Below are positions 1 through 9,806 of a DNA stretch of 64,000 bases, one piece after another. The number at the start of each line of letters is the position of its first letter. Positions within the stretch are counted from its first letter, which is position 1. The notes under the pieces are model-generated. The model saw nothing but the letters and a program-made list of their open reading frames with translations. It searched no databases and had not been told where the DNA came from. Source of the DNA: Candidatus Poribacteria bacterium (lineage in GTDB: Bacteria > Poribacteria > WGA-4E > WGA-3G). The stretch lies in the NCBI GenBank assembly GCA_965198235.1, contig OZ240248.1, positions 3,520,001 to 3,584,000 of the forward strand, given 5' to 3'. A program made the translations under genes and the position numbers.

Positions 1-1
1 C

Positions 2-748
2 CGCGCAGGGGTAGACGATATTCCTATCTATCCACTCGTTCCTGCGTTCGATCCCAACATTAGTGCAGAGGCACGGCGAAACATCGCGAAAAACCGACCC
101 AGAGAATCCGATTTCGTTCCAGCGGGTTACCTAAACGACAGCGAAAACGCCTATATTTTGACACTTGCCACGCGTTGGGTCGTGAGTCAGTCGTGGTGGG
201 ATAATTTCGGGAAGGATTCATTGCCACCGGAGTTTATGTGTGGTATAAACACCAAACTGATTACGCAGCGCCTGAACGGCGGGGATCTTGATACCTATAA
301 TTATGGGAGTTGGGGATACGGGTTTGATGCCGGATTCCTCGTCCGTTTGCCCGATTTTAATGCCCTTTTCGCTTTGGAGGACTTCGGCAGTCTCGCCTTT
401 GGTGTCAATCTTCAGGACATCTCAAAAACGACTTTAACTTGGAATACCTTGTCTGCACCTAAGGAATCTATTCCGGCGAATTGGAATATCGGAGTAGCGT
501 ATACGAACAATCACGTTTTCAACCGAGAGATGATTCTTTCCTATCAGTGGCAACAGCGTTACAGCGGGCAAACGCATATCGGTATAGAATATCGTATCAG
601 TGAACCGTTGGCACTCCGTGTTGGTTACCGGGATGCCCGCATTACAAGTGGAATCGGCATCCAGGTCCGCCAATTTCGACTTGATTACGCACTCCTCCTC
701 GGCGACCTAATTAGCACACACTTTCTGAGTCTGTTATGGCATTTTTAA
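2..748 (+). CDS. PorV/PorQ-like outer-membrane beta-barrel protein, 5'-truncated by the window edge
   Basis: Frame is open from position 2 (RAGVDDIP...); GYGFDAG, GVNLQDI, GIEY..LALRVGY and FRLDYA..THFLSL strands end in a terminal Phe, typical of the PorV/FadL-like family. Confidence 0.7.
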   Translation, partial: RAGVDDIPIYPLVPAFDPNISAEARRNIAKNRPRESDFVPAGYLNDSENAYILTLATRWVVSQSWWDNFGKDSLPPEFMCGINTKLITQRLNGGDLDTYNYGSWGYGFDAGFLVRLPDFNALFALEDFGSLAFGVNLQDISKTTLTWNTLSAPKESIPANWNIGVAYTNNHVFNREMILSYQWQQRYSGQTHIGIEYRISEPLALRVGYRDARITSGIGIQVRQFRLDYALLLGDLISTHFLSLLWHF

Positions 749-785
749 TTTGAAGCCCTGCAAGGATAGACAACGAAGGATACTT

Positions 786-2015
786 CTAAACGTTCGGTCT
801 CGACAAGTTCGGTTGATCGCGTAGCAAAATCAGGAGCGGTGCCAATACCACCGGAATCATCACTAACCCATCGAGCATGATAGGCAAACCGTATTGATCT
901 CCCAGAACACCTACGATTTTATTCAGTAATCCGCCGACACCCCACGCCGCACCCATCATAAAACTCGACGCAATGTTTTCATGCCCGCGTAAGATCATCT
1001 GTGCTAAGATGATGTTAACCGTAATTGAACTTGAGAGAATCACATTCCCTAAAAAGAGGAGCACAAGGAAACTCGGACCATCAGAGTGCAGCGAGGCATA
1101 GAGAAGCGGCGGCGATCCGAGGAGTGAGACTAACAACAGAACGTAGGTGTTGACTCGGCTGATAAGCCAACCACTCGACATGATACCCATGGAACCTGCG
1201 AAGATGAAGAGTGCAATCACAAGTGAACGCGTTTGGTCCGGATAATTTTGGTCATCCAGATAGATAGATAGGAAGTTTTCCAACCCGACTGCTGTGACGG
1301 TTCGGAACGCCGCAATAATAAATAGCACACTGAGGGGTAGAAGGTGTGGGCGGGCGACAGTCCAAAAAGGTTCTTGCGCTCTCGGTTCCTCGTCTAACCT
1401 TCCGCGCGGCGTAGCGGTGAGATCCAGAGACTTCTCGAATTTCAGCACTTTCGGCACCAACAACGCTAAAAGTACCCCAGGTATCATTTCCCAAACCAAG
1501 TATTGTAAGCCGAAATTGTAGGGAATGAACATCAGCACCAACGGACCGAGTGCCCGACCGATGTTACCGCCTGTGAGAAAAATAGATGTCCCCATACCTC
1601 TACCTTCTGAGGCGAGCGCGCCGGCATACGTCGTCGCTTGTGGATGGAATGAGGCAATGCCGATGCCGCCTATAGCTAATAACAGATATACGACACGAGG
1701 CGAAGGAGCGACCCATAGAAGGCTTAAACCGATCGCAGTGAGGCCGACACCAAACGTCAGGAAGTGCACCGTCCGTACCCGATCCGACAGCCACCCGAAG
1801 AATATTTGTCCGAGTGAGCTAAAGACGCTATAAATCGAGATGAAGTTGCCGGCTAAACTGTTTCGTGTTGCCGCTGAGGTTGCTAACTTTGTCAGCAGGA
1901 GGGGTTGCAGATGCGACAGTAGCGTTGCGTAGGAGTCAAGGACGGTGTGCGATAACGTCAGAAAATAGAACTGTTTCCGAGAAGACGCTTTAGAAAGGTT
2001 TTGAGGGTTTTCCAT
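786..2015 (-). CDS. MFS transporter (Fsr-like)
   Basis: 409 aa, about 12 hydrophobic segments, GWLSDR motif A, FHPQA and GGNIGRALGP motifs. Confidence 0.85.
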   Translation of the reverse strand: MENPQNLSKASSRKQFYFLTLSHTVLDSYATLLSHLQPLLLTKLATSAATRNSLAGNFISIYSVFSSLGQIFFGWLSDRVRTVHFLTFGVGLTAIGLSLLWVAPSPRVVYLLLAIGGIGIASFHPQATTYAGALASEGRGMGTSIFLTGGNIGRALGPLVLMFIPYNFGLQYLVWEMIPGVLLALLVPKVLKFEKSLDLTATPRGRLDEEPRAQEPFWTVARPHLLPLSVLFIIAAFRTVTAVGLENFLSIYLDDQNYPDQTRSLVIALFIFAGSMGIMSSGWLISRVNTYVLLLVSLLGSPPLLYASLHSDGPSFLVLLFLGNVILSSSITVNIILAQMILRGHENIASSFMMGAAWGVGGLLNKIVGVLGDQYGLPIMLDGLVMIPVVLAPLLILLRDQPNLSRPNV

Positions 2016-2312
2016 GAGGCGAAATAGATACCGCTTTTCTATGAAGATTTAGATAGTGTGTATTGTAGAATACATCCATCTAAAAAGCAAATCTTTTTTC
2101 CCGTAAACGCTATCGCCGCTATTTTTCTCTAAGAGGGGGAAATCCGCAGAAATCCGCAGAAATCCGCAGGGAAACACCCTATGCTCGCGACTCTTACTGA
2201 CTGCTGATGGCTGACTGCCGATTGCTATTTCTTCTTGACAATTAAAGCCTTCACATATACCATGATACGAATCCCTTAACTATAAAACATCCATAATATT
2301 CACACAGCGAGC

Positions 2313-3305
2313 GTGCCTTTGGACAAGAAGCAACTTCAACGGGTTACTAAAATCGGCTTACCGACGGTCTTAGCAGTCGTCATAGCGTACTTCCTTTTAA
2401 AAGAGATCGACATTCAACAGATACCAAAAACCTTGAGCCGATTGTCAATAAAGGCACTCTTAATCGGGTTCGGATGCTATTGCTTGTTAGTTTTAGCGAA
2501 AGCCCTCCGATTTCGGGCACTGCTCAACCTCGATAGTGGTGTCTATCAGGTCTTCCCGATCTTGGCGATGCATACCTTTTGGGGCAATATCCTTCCGATG
2601 CGGACAGGCGATGTCTCTTATGTCTATCTGATGCAACGCCGTCAGAAGGTGGATGCAACGCAAGGAATCGCTTCGCTGCTGGTCGCAAGCCTGATTGATT
2701 TAGTACTACTAATGGGCTTGGTGGTCGCCACCGCGTGGCTACTGCGCACTGCGCTTCGAGACACATTCTCTGGCACGGTTCTCTATCTCACGCCTCTTCT
2801 GATGGGCGGCGGCTTGGTCGCCGTGGTCGTTTTCGTCTACGCTGCCCCGCGAGCCTGTATGAGATTCGCAGAACGGTGTGCCGGTCCTCTATTGGCACTT
2901 GAAAAGCGACCCGTTTCGTGGACAGTTGATAAAGTCTTGGCAGTGCTTCGGGAACTAATGACCTTCCGATCGAATCGGCGATTCTTGGAGGTCTGGTTAT
3001 ATTCCGTCCTGTGTCTCGTTATCCGTTTCGGGTTTCAATGCTACCTCGTCACCGAGATGGGAGTTGAAATTCCGATGACCGAGGTGCTGTTCGCGCTCGC
3101 ATTTACCAACGTCTTTAACCTGTTGCCCGTTCAAACCGTCGGTAACTTCGGGACAACAGAATTCCCTTTCGTCTGGTTGCTAAACCATTTCGGCACATCT
3201 ATAGAGACGGCGACTGTTACTGGATTTAGTTTGCACATTCTAATTCTACTTTACTGTTTACCCTTAGGCGCGTCCGGGTTCTTGATGAAACCGAAGGAGC
3301 AATAA
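2313..3305 (+). CDS. Lysylphosphatidylglycerol synthase TM / flippase-like membrane protein (UPF0104)
   Basis: ALRFRALL, NILPMRTGD and LPVQTVGNFGTTE motifs; multiple TM helices. Confidence 0.75.
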   Translation: MPLDKKQLQRVTKIGLPTVLAVVIAYFLLKEIDIQQIPKTLSRLSIKALLIGFGCYCLLVLAKALRFRALLNLDSGVYQVFPILAMHTFWGNILPMRTGDVSYVYLMQRRQKVDATQGIASLLVASLIDLVLLMGLVVATAWLLRTALRDTFSGTVLYLTPLLMGGGLVAVVVFVYAAPRACMRFAERCAGPLLALEKRPVSWTVDKVLAVLRELMTFRSNRRFLEVWLYSVLCLVIRFGFQCYLVTEMGVEIPMTEVLFALAFTNVFNLLPVQTVGNFGTTEFPFVWLLNHFGTSIETATVTGFSLHILILLYCLPLGASGFLMKPKEQ

Positions 3306-3306
3306 T

Positions 3307-4125
3307 ATGAGAATTATCGATCCGCATGTTCACGTTTGGAAAAACGATCCGCAGTTCCCATGGGCACCGGAGACAGCAAGTCCTCCCACGGAGGATGCAA
3401 CAGCAGACATGCTACTGGAATTGATGGCGACGAACGATGTAGAAAAAACCGTTCTCGTTCAAGTCATCCATTACCGCTGGGATAATAGGTATGCCGCTGA
3501 TGCAATGAAAAGGTATCCTGATAAATTCATGGGTGTCTGCCGAATCAACCCCGAAGATCCGGATGCCCCCGATCACCTCAGCCGTTGGACAGAGGAGGAC
3601 GGTTTCCACGGTGTACGGCTCAGCCCTTCTGTTGGTGATGCAGGCGATTGGTTTGCCGGACCGTTGATGCCGCCTATCTTCCGTCGTGCGGAAACCCTCG
3701 GTGTCCCGATGCTTATTCTCACAGGAGCCGAGCGGTTGGTGGATCTCGTGCCACTCTTGGAACAGCACCCGGACCTTGATGTTGTCATAGATCACATGGC
3801 AGGCTGCTCGCCGGACGCACCTGAGAAGCTTGAATTGCTACTGAATCTCGCGCGATTCCCTCGCGTCTACGTCAAAATTAGCCATACATGGTCGATATCG
3901 AAAACGGGGTACCCGTGGGCGGATACGTATGAACAGGTTAAGAAGGTGTATCAGGCTTTCGGGGGTTCACGGCTGATGTGGGGAACCGATTGGCCCGTCT
4001 GCCTCAGTCGAGCCAGTTATTCAGAGACACTGTCTGTCGTCCGAGATGAGATGGACTTCTTTACACCGGAAGACCGGGAGTGGGTGTTAGGAAAAACCGC
4101 ACTCCGCCTCTGGCAATTCTGCTGA
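3307..4125 (+). CDS. Amidohydrolase_2 family protein
   Basis: IIDPHVHVW, VVIDHMA, VYVKIS and LMWGTDWP motifs. Confidence 0.9.
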   Translation: MRIIDPHVHVWKNDPQFPWAPETASPPTEDATADMLLELMATNDVEKTVLVQVIHYRWDNRYAADAMKRYPDKFMGVCRINPEDPDAPDHLSRWTEEDGFHGVRLSPSVGDAGDWFAGPLMPPIFRRAETLGVPMLILTGAERLVDLVPLLEQHPDLDVVIDHMAGCSPDAPEKLELLLNLARFPRVYVKISHTWSISKTGYPWADTYEQVKKVYQAFGGSRLMWGTDWPVCLSRASYSETLSVVRDEMDFFTPEDREWVLGKTALRLWQFC

Positions 4126-4145
4126 AAACCGAAAACTATTTCCCC

Positions 4146-4174
4146 TTGACAAATTTTCGCGCGTATGTTATCAT
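4146..4174 (+). promoter_or_regulatory. Sigma70-type promoter
   Basis: TTGACA-17 bp-TATCAT with extended -10 TG, upstream of the CDS at 4327. Confidence 0.55.
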
Positions 4175-4326
4175 AAAAGAATTAAGTTGAATGTAATAAT
4201 AGCGTATCCCCGTTCCCAACCCTCTGCAAAAAAACAGCACCGTGGCAAGGCACCACGCTTTATGAACCCTTATACGCTTTTGCGGGTCAGGTTTCAGCCT
4301 CGCCCCATCCACCGGGAGGAAAAACG

Positions 4327-4674
4327 ATGCCATTCTGTCCACAATGCAATGCTGAATATAAGCCAGAAGTATCAATGTGTTTGGATTGTCACGTAACGCT
4401 CGTACCTCAACCAATACAGACCGAGGTTACGGAATATGGGGACTGGTACACGCTTGAATCTGTACCAAATGAATTAGCGGGAAATATCCTCCAAAGCGTC
4501 TTGGAGGAGGACGGCATCCCCGCTTGCCTACGCTGCCATGAAGCCCCCAATTATGGTGGAGTGAAAGGCAATATCTGGCAATCCGAATGGGGCGATGTTC
4601 TTGTGCCAGCTAATCTACTTCCGCAAGCACGAGAGTGCCTTAAAGTCTATTTCGATTCACTACAGGACCGTTAA
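4327..4674 (+). CDS. Zinc-ribbon plus DUF2007-like small protein
   Basis: MPFCPQC..CLDC ribbon, then AxILQSVLEEDGIP and VLVP...AREC; GGAGG RBS. Confidence 0.75.
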   Translation: MPFCPQCNAEYKPEVSMCLDCHVTLVPQPIQTEVTEYGDWYTLESVPNELAGNILQSVLEEDGIPACLRCHEAPNYGGVKGNIWQSEWGDVLVPANLLPQARECLKVYFDSLQDR

Positions 4675-4693
4675 AATCCGCAGGCAGGTTGCC

Positions 4694-4915
4694 ATGAAGG
4701 CCGATCAACTCTACCTTTTTAAGGAAGCAAAATCTCACAAATCTCACAGTCGCCTGGAGGGAAAGGTTCATGTAAGAGGGCACCGTAGGCGCAACGGTAG
4801 TTACGTCAGAGAGCATTGGCGGAGTCGACCTAACCGAAGGTTTGGCATTTCCAGACGGCTTAATACAACAGAGGAGCAGCTCTCCTTCGTTGTAGACAGT
4901 AAAGCCTCAGATTAA
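4694..4915 (+). CDS. Small basic hypothetical protein
   Basis: ATG at 4694; VHVRGHRRRNGSYVREHWRSRP matches a recurrent bacterial 'VRGYxRxNGTYVxPHxRSxP' peptide motif. Confidence 0.5.
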   Translation: MKADQLYLFKEAKSHKSHSRLEGKVHVRGHRRRNGSYVREHWRSRPNRRFGISRRLNTTEEQLSFVVDSKASD

Positions 4916-4999
4916 CACACGTCGAAAGGTTTATGTGAGAAGATACCGGCAAATGGCACGTATTACGCTATCCAAACCTCATCTTCTCGGAAAAACGCT

Positions 5000-6169
5000 A
5001 TGATCTACTTTTTGCGAAGCTTGCAAGTGTCCCGTTTTACTTTCCAATACTTGCAAGCTCATATAATTTTACTGTTTCTCATTTCAACGACCGCACTCTT
5101 CAGCGATGTTTACCGTATCAAAAAAGGGGATACTCTCCTAATTGCGGTGATTGGACAACCAGAGTTTACACACTCCGCACAGGTCCGTGAAGACGGCAGA
5201 ATAAGTTACTTCGGTGGCGATCTTGAGGTTGCCGAACAGACAGTGGAAATGGTGAACCAGCAGATTCGCGAGTTCCTCGTCTCAGAGAGTCTTGTTCGGA
5301 ATCCTGTCGTCATGGTATCGCCGGTGCTACAAGAGAACGGCGTTTTCGTTGGTGGTGCAGTCAAACTTCCCGGACGATATCCCATTTCGCCAGAAATTGA
5401 CATCGGTTTATACCGTGCCATCGCACTTGCAGGTGGTATGGCTGAGAACGCCGATCACCAACAAGTGCAATTAATTCGTACCGACCTGCCACAGAAGGTT
5501 GAAATCTACGATCTCTCACCAACCCACCCTTACCGCGATATCCGCGTCAACGTCAACGATCTCGTGTTCGTCATGCCCCTCAACTCCGTCGAAGTCCAAG
5601 GACAGGTCCAGACACCCGGCAAACTTTTTATTCGGGGACAGATTAGCATTGAGGAGGCACTCGCACGCGCAGGCGGTCTTACCCAAGAAGCAGACCTGAC
5701 CGCACTGGTGAAAGTCGAGAAGAACGGGAATCTATCCGAATTCAACCTCTCTGAGCAGTTTTGGAAATCATCACCGAACGGTGTGCCTTCTCCTGCTCTA
5801 TCAAACGGCGATGTGTTGTTTGTCCCCAATGTCTTCAAAGTCGAGCCTATCTACGTGACCGGCTACGTTCGTAACCCTGGTGTGCAACGGGTTCGCGGAC
5901 CGTTGAATCTCTCGCAAGCCGTCGCTCTCAGTGGCGGGTTTGAAGCATCGGCGAACCGTGAGGAAATCCTCATCCACCGTCGTGACGGCACAACGCTGGA
6001 AGTCCCTTTCATGTCCGATCCTGCTAATGGCGCGACGCAACAGATTTTACTCTATCCGGGCGATGTTTTAGAGGTGAAAAAGAAGTTTCAGGTGAATTGG
6101 AGTCTCGTCAGCACGTTAGGTTACATCATTATTAGCGGTATAACCCTTATACTGAACTTAGCGAATTAA
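5000..6169 (+). CDS. Polysaccharide export / SLBB-domain protein (Wza-like)
   Basis: YRIKKGDTL..VREDGRIS Poly_export domain, three SLBB repeats (GAVKLPG, GQVQTPG, GYVRNPG..AGG), C-terminal helix. Confidence 0.85.
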   Translation: MIYFLRSLQVSRFTFQYLQAHIILLFLISTTALFSDVYRIKKGDTLLIAVIGQPEFTHSAQVREDGRISYFGGDLEVAEQTVEMVNQQIREFLVSESLVRNPVVMVSPVLQENGVFVGGAVKLPGRYPISPEIDIGLYRAIALAGGMAENADHQQVQLIRTDLPQKVEIYDLSPTHPYRDIRVNVNDLVFVMPLNSVEVQGQVQTPGKLFIRGQISIEEALARAGGLTQEADLTALVKVEKNGNLSEFNLSEQFWKSSPNGVPSPALSNGDVLFVPNVFKVEPIYVTGYVRNPGVQRVRGPLNLSQAVALSGGFEASANREEILIHRRDGTTLEVPFMSDPANGATQQILLYPGDVLEVKKKFQVNWSLVSTLGYIIISGITLILNLAN

Positions 6170-6364
6170 GTTGTCCGAATCCAATCCCAATTATATGCTG
6201 CTGGCGAGGTTTCCTAACCTCGCCTGTATTCCAACCGATTTTCGTCCAAACCAACGGACATAATGAACCAATTTCTTATATCGAACTCACGTTCTAAAGG
6301 AAAGTCGTTAATCAAGAAGTGTCTCTAATCCTGTAAATCCTGATTCAGACAACCAAAAACACGC

Positions 6365-9300
6365 ATGCCAAACCTCAACATCAAACCCACACACAAATCC
6401 ATCAAAACTTACTACGCCGAACTCAAAGAATACGAACGACTCGGCGCACAGAACGAAGGCACCGTCCGTGCCGCATTCCAAGGTCTGCTCCAGCGCTACT
6501 GCCACCAATCCAATCTCACACTCCTCTGCGAAAAGACGCGTACTTTCCCCCCTGATAAGGGGGGTCAGGGGGGTTTGATGAATAGACGAATCCGACCCGA
6601 CGGCGAAGTCGTTGATACCTTCAATTTGCCGTACGGCTACTGGGAAGCGAAGGATACGCAGGACGACCTCTACACCGAAGCCTCCAAGAAATTTGCCGCA
6701 GGCTACCCATCAAAAAACATCGTTATCCAATCCCCGACGCATGCACTTCTCTATCAGCACGGGCAACTGCAGCTGGACTTAGACATCACCGAACCGAGAA
6801 ACCTCGTCCGTGTCCTTCAGGGCTTTTTCGCATATCAGGAAGAGAACATCTCCGCATGGCATATCGCCGTCGCCGAATTCAGAGACACGGTGCCAGAACT
6901 CGGCGAGGAGTTGGCAATGCTCATCGAAACGGAACGCCAAAACAACCCACACTTTCAAGAAGCCTTCACCAGTTTCCACGAGCAGTGCCAAGCTTCGATT
7001 AATCCGAACCTCTCCATTTCCGCTGTAGAGGAGATGCTCATCCAGCACCTACTCACAGAACGTATCTTCCGTACCGTGTTCGATAATCCCGACTTTACGC
7101 GACGAAACATTATCGCCCGTGAAATTGAAACTGTTATTGATGTGCTAACTGAGCGCACGCTGAATCGTTCGGAATTTCTGCGTCTCTTGGAACCGTTCTA
7201 CACTGCAATCGAGCAGACCGCCAGCACGATTACGGACTTCTCGCAAAAACAGGGATTCCTCAACACCGTCTATGAGCAATTTTTTCAAGGCTTCTCCGTC
7301 AAGGTTGCAGACACGCACGGCATCGTCTACACACCGCAGCCGATCGTCGATTTCATGGTGAAAAGCGTTGAGTATATCCTCAATACCGAGTTCAACCGCT
7401 CCCTTTCCGATACCGGTGTCAATATCATCGACCCGTTCGTCGGCACCGGCAACTTCATCGTCCGCATCATGCAGGAACTCGACCCTATCTCACTGGAGCG
7501 GAAATACACCGCCGACCCGCCGGAACTCCAGTGCAACGAGGTAATGCTCCTGCCTTACTACATCGCCAATCTGAATATTGAGCATGAGTTCTACACGGCG
7601 ACGAATCGGTATGTCCCCTACGAAGGGTTATGCCTCGTGGATACCTTTGGGGTGGCAGAAGACAGGGAGCAGTTATATCTCTTCACGCCTGATAATACTG
7701 CCCGCGTTGAGAAGCAGAAAGAAACGCCAATGTTCGTCGTTATCGGCAATCCACCCTACAATGTGGGACAGGTCAACGAGAACGACAACAACAAAAATCG
7801 GAAGTATAAGTCGATGGATAAGTCGATTGAGGACACGTATGCAAAAGATTCCAAAGCAACACTCAGAAGCCAGCTTTACGATCCGTATGTCAAGGCAATT
7901 CGATGGTCGTTGGACAGGATTGGCGAGGAAGGCGTTGTCGCCTTCATAACAAACAACAGTTTTGTTGAAGGCTTGGCGTTTGACGGCATGCGGAAACACC
8001 TCGCCGCCGATTGTGATGCCATCTATATTCTTGATTTAGATGGAAATGCGAGAAAGGGATTGAAGGTCTCCGATGCAAATGTATTCGGAATTCGTGTCGG
8101 CGTGAGTATTAACCTATTTGTAAAGAAAAAGCAGAAGTCATCAGAACCAGCACGTATCTTTTACTATCGCACCGATGAATTGTGGAACAGGAAACAGAAA
8201 TTCGACTTTCTGAATGAGCGTGGACACGCAGGCGGTATTGCGTGGCAATCCATTCACCCATATGCGCGGCATACGTGGCTCACCGAAGGTCTCCACGCCG
8301 AGTTTGATACCTTTATCCCGATGGGAACTAAGGAAGCGAAGGCAGAAAAAGGCGAGGCGGTAGATGTAATTTTCAAAACCTATAGCAACGGTGTAAAAAC
8401 GAATCGTGATGCATGGGTTTACAATTTCAACCGAGACGCTCTCGTTGAAAACATGAATAGGATGATTGAGATTTACAATACGGAAGTGGTTCGGTGGGGG
8501 CAACAGATAGGTCGGGATGATGAGCTTGATGATTTTCTGGAGTCCGATGACACGAAAATCAAGTGGAGTCGCGATTTAAAAGCAAAATTGGGGCGTGGGC
8601 GAATAACTGAATATGCTGATGATAAGGTCAGGAAATCATTCTATCGTCCTTTTACGATGTCTAACCTCTACTTTGACAAAACAATGAACGATGTGGTATC
8701 CGTGTTTTCCTTCATTTTTCCCACAACTAATACGGAAATAGAAAATCGGGTGATTTGTGTTGCTGGTATTGGTGATAGAAAAGGCTTTGGATGCCTTGCT
8801 ACAAATAAGATTACCGCTTTTGATTTGGCGTTTGAAAAGAATCAATGCTTCCCCTTCTACACCTACGACGAGGACGGCACGAACCGCCGAGAAAACATCA
8901 CCGATTGGGCGTTGGCGCATTTCCGAACCCACTACCAAGACGACACCATCACCAAGTGGGACATCTTCCACTACAATTACGGACTCTTACATCACCCCGA
9001 TTATCGAGAGAAATACGAGGCGAACCTCAAACGCGATTTGCCGCATATCCCACTTGTCAAAGACTTCTGGGGATTTGCAGAGGCTGGGGCGCGACTCGCA
9101 GATCTCCACGTCAACTACGAATCTCAACCCGAATACCAATTGAAGTTTATCCAAAACCCGGACGCACAACTCAATTGGCGTGTGGAGAAGATGAAACTCT
9201 CCAGAGACAAAACCTCGCTCATCTGCAACGATTTCCTAACGCTATCGGGGATTCCGCCGAACGCTCATGATTACCGACTCGGCACCCGCTCCGCATTGGG

Positions 9301-9463
9301 GTGGGTGGTAGATCAGTATCGTGTGAAAACCGACAAACGGAGCGGCATCGTCAACGACCCAAACCGTGCCGAGGATCCGCAGTATATTGTCAAGTTAATC
9401 GGTCAAGTAATCACCGTCAGTTTAGAGACAGTAGACATCGTTGAAAACTTGCCACCCTTGTAG
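6365..9463 (+). CDS. Single-chain restriction-modification enzyme: PD-(D/E)xK nuclease-like N-terminus, N6-adenine MTase, Type ISP-like C-terminal specificity domain
   Basis: RPDG..WEAKD, GIVYTPQPIVDF, DPFVGTGNF (motif I), GNPPY (motif IV), GVKTNRDAW, YRPF, DIFHYNYGLLH. Confidence 0.85.
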   Translation: MPNLNIKPTHKSIKTYYAELKEYERLGAQNEGTVRAAFQGLLQRYCHQSNLTLLCEKTRTFPPDKGGQGGLMNRRIRPDGEVVDTFNLPYGYWEAKDTQDDLYTEASKKFAAGYPSKNIVIQSPTHALLYQHGQLQLDLDITEPRNLVRVLQGFFAYQEENISAWHIAVAEFRDTVPELGEELAMLIETERQNNPHFQEAFTSFHEQCQASINPNLSISAVEEMLIQHLLTERIFRTVFDNPDFTRRNIIAREIETVIDVLTERTLNRSEFLRLLEPFYTAIEQTASTITDFSQKQGFLNTVYEQFFQGFSVKVADTHGIVYTPQPIVDFMVKSVEYILNTEFNRSLSDTGVNIIDPFVGTGNFIVRIMQELDPISLERKYTADPPELQCNEVMLLPYYIANLNIEHEFYTATNRYVPYEGLCLVDTFGVAEDREQLYLFTPDNTARVEKQKETPMFVVIGNPPYNVGQVNENDNNKNRKYKSMDKSIEDTYAKDSKATLRSQLYDPYVKAIRWSLDRIGEEGVVAFITNNSFVEGLAFDGMRKHLAADCDAIYILDLDGNARKGLKVSDANVFGIRVGVSINLFVKKKQKSSEPARIFYYRTDELWNRKQKFDFLNERGHAGGIAWQSIHPYARHTWLTEGLHAEFDTFIPMGTKEAKAEKGEAVDVIFKTYSNGVKTNRDAWVYNFNRDALVENMNRMIEIYNTEVVRWGQQIGRDDELDDFLESDDTKIKWSRDLKAKLGRGRITEYADDKVRKSFYRPFTMSNLYFDKTMNDVVSVFSFIFPTTNTEIENRVICVAGIGDRKGFGCLATNKITAFDLAFEKNQCFPFYTYDEDGTNRRENITDWALAHFRTHYQDDTITKWDIFHYNYGLLHHPDYREKYEANLKRDLPHIPLVKDFWGFAEAGARLADLHVNYESQPEYQLKFIQNPDAQLNWRVEKMKLSRDKTSLICNDFLTLSGIPPNAHDYRLGTRSALGWVVDQYRVKTDKRSGIVNDPNRAEDPQYIVKLIGQVITVSLETVDIVENLPPL
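6547..6576 (+). repeat. Palindromic interspersed repeat inside the R-M CDS
   Basis: CCCCCCTGATAAGGGGGGTCAGGGGGGTTT; near-identical intergenic copies at about 43878-43903 and 45543-45570. Confidence 0.75.
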
Positions 9464-9496
9464 GATCACGCTCCGATTCCCGATGCCGCTTTTACT

Positions 9497-9740
9497 CGTA
9501 GGTTGGGTTGAACGATACTGAAAAGTGTAATGCCAACACCCCAAACACGCTTCAAATAGGATGACCGTTGTCCGTCATCAAGAACGGAGTGAAACCCAAC
9601 TTTATACCTACATTTCAAGAACCGGCACAGGAAAAGTGTTGGGTTTCACTCGGTATCTTTGCGATGAGGTCGTCCGCCTCAGGCATCGGTGGTCTTTAAT
9701 CCGTTAACCTTTCGATCTTGCCCGTTCAACCCAACCTACG
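9497..9740. mobile_element. REP doublet (REPIN/MITE-like) with perfect 18-bp terminal inverted repeats
   Basis: CGTAGGTTGGGTTGAACG (9497) / CGTTCAACCCAACCTACG (to 9740); inner IR GAGTGAAACCCAAC (9587) / GTTGGGTTTCACTC (9638). Confidence 0.75.
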
Positions 9741-9806
9741 ACTGAAATAAACACTTTTTTCCTGATTGTGCTATACTATCTCAGAACTACTTTTGCAGGA
9801 GACTAC

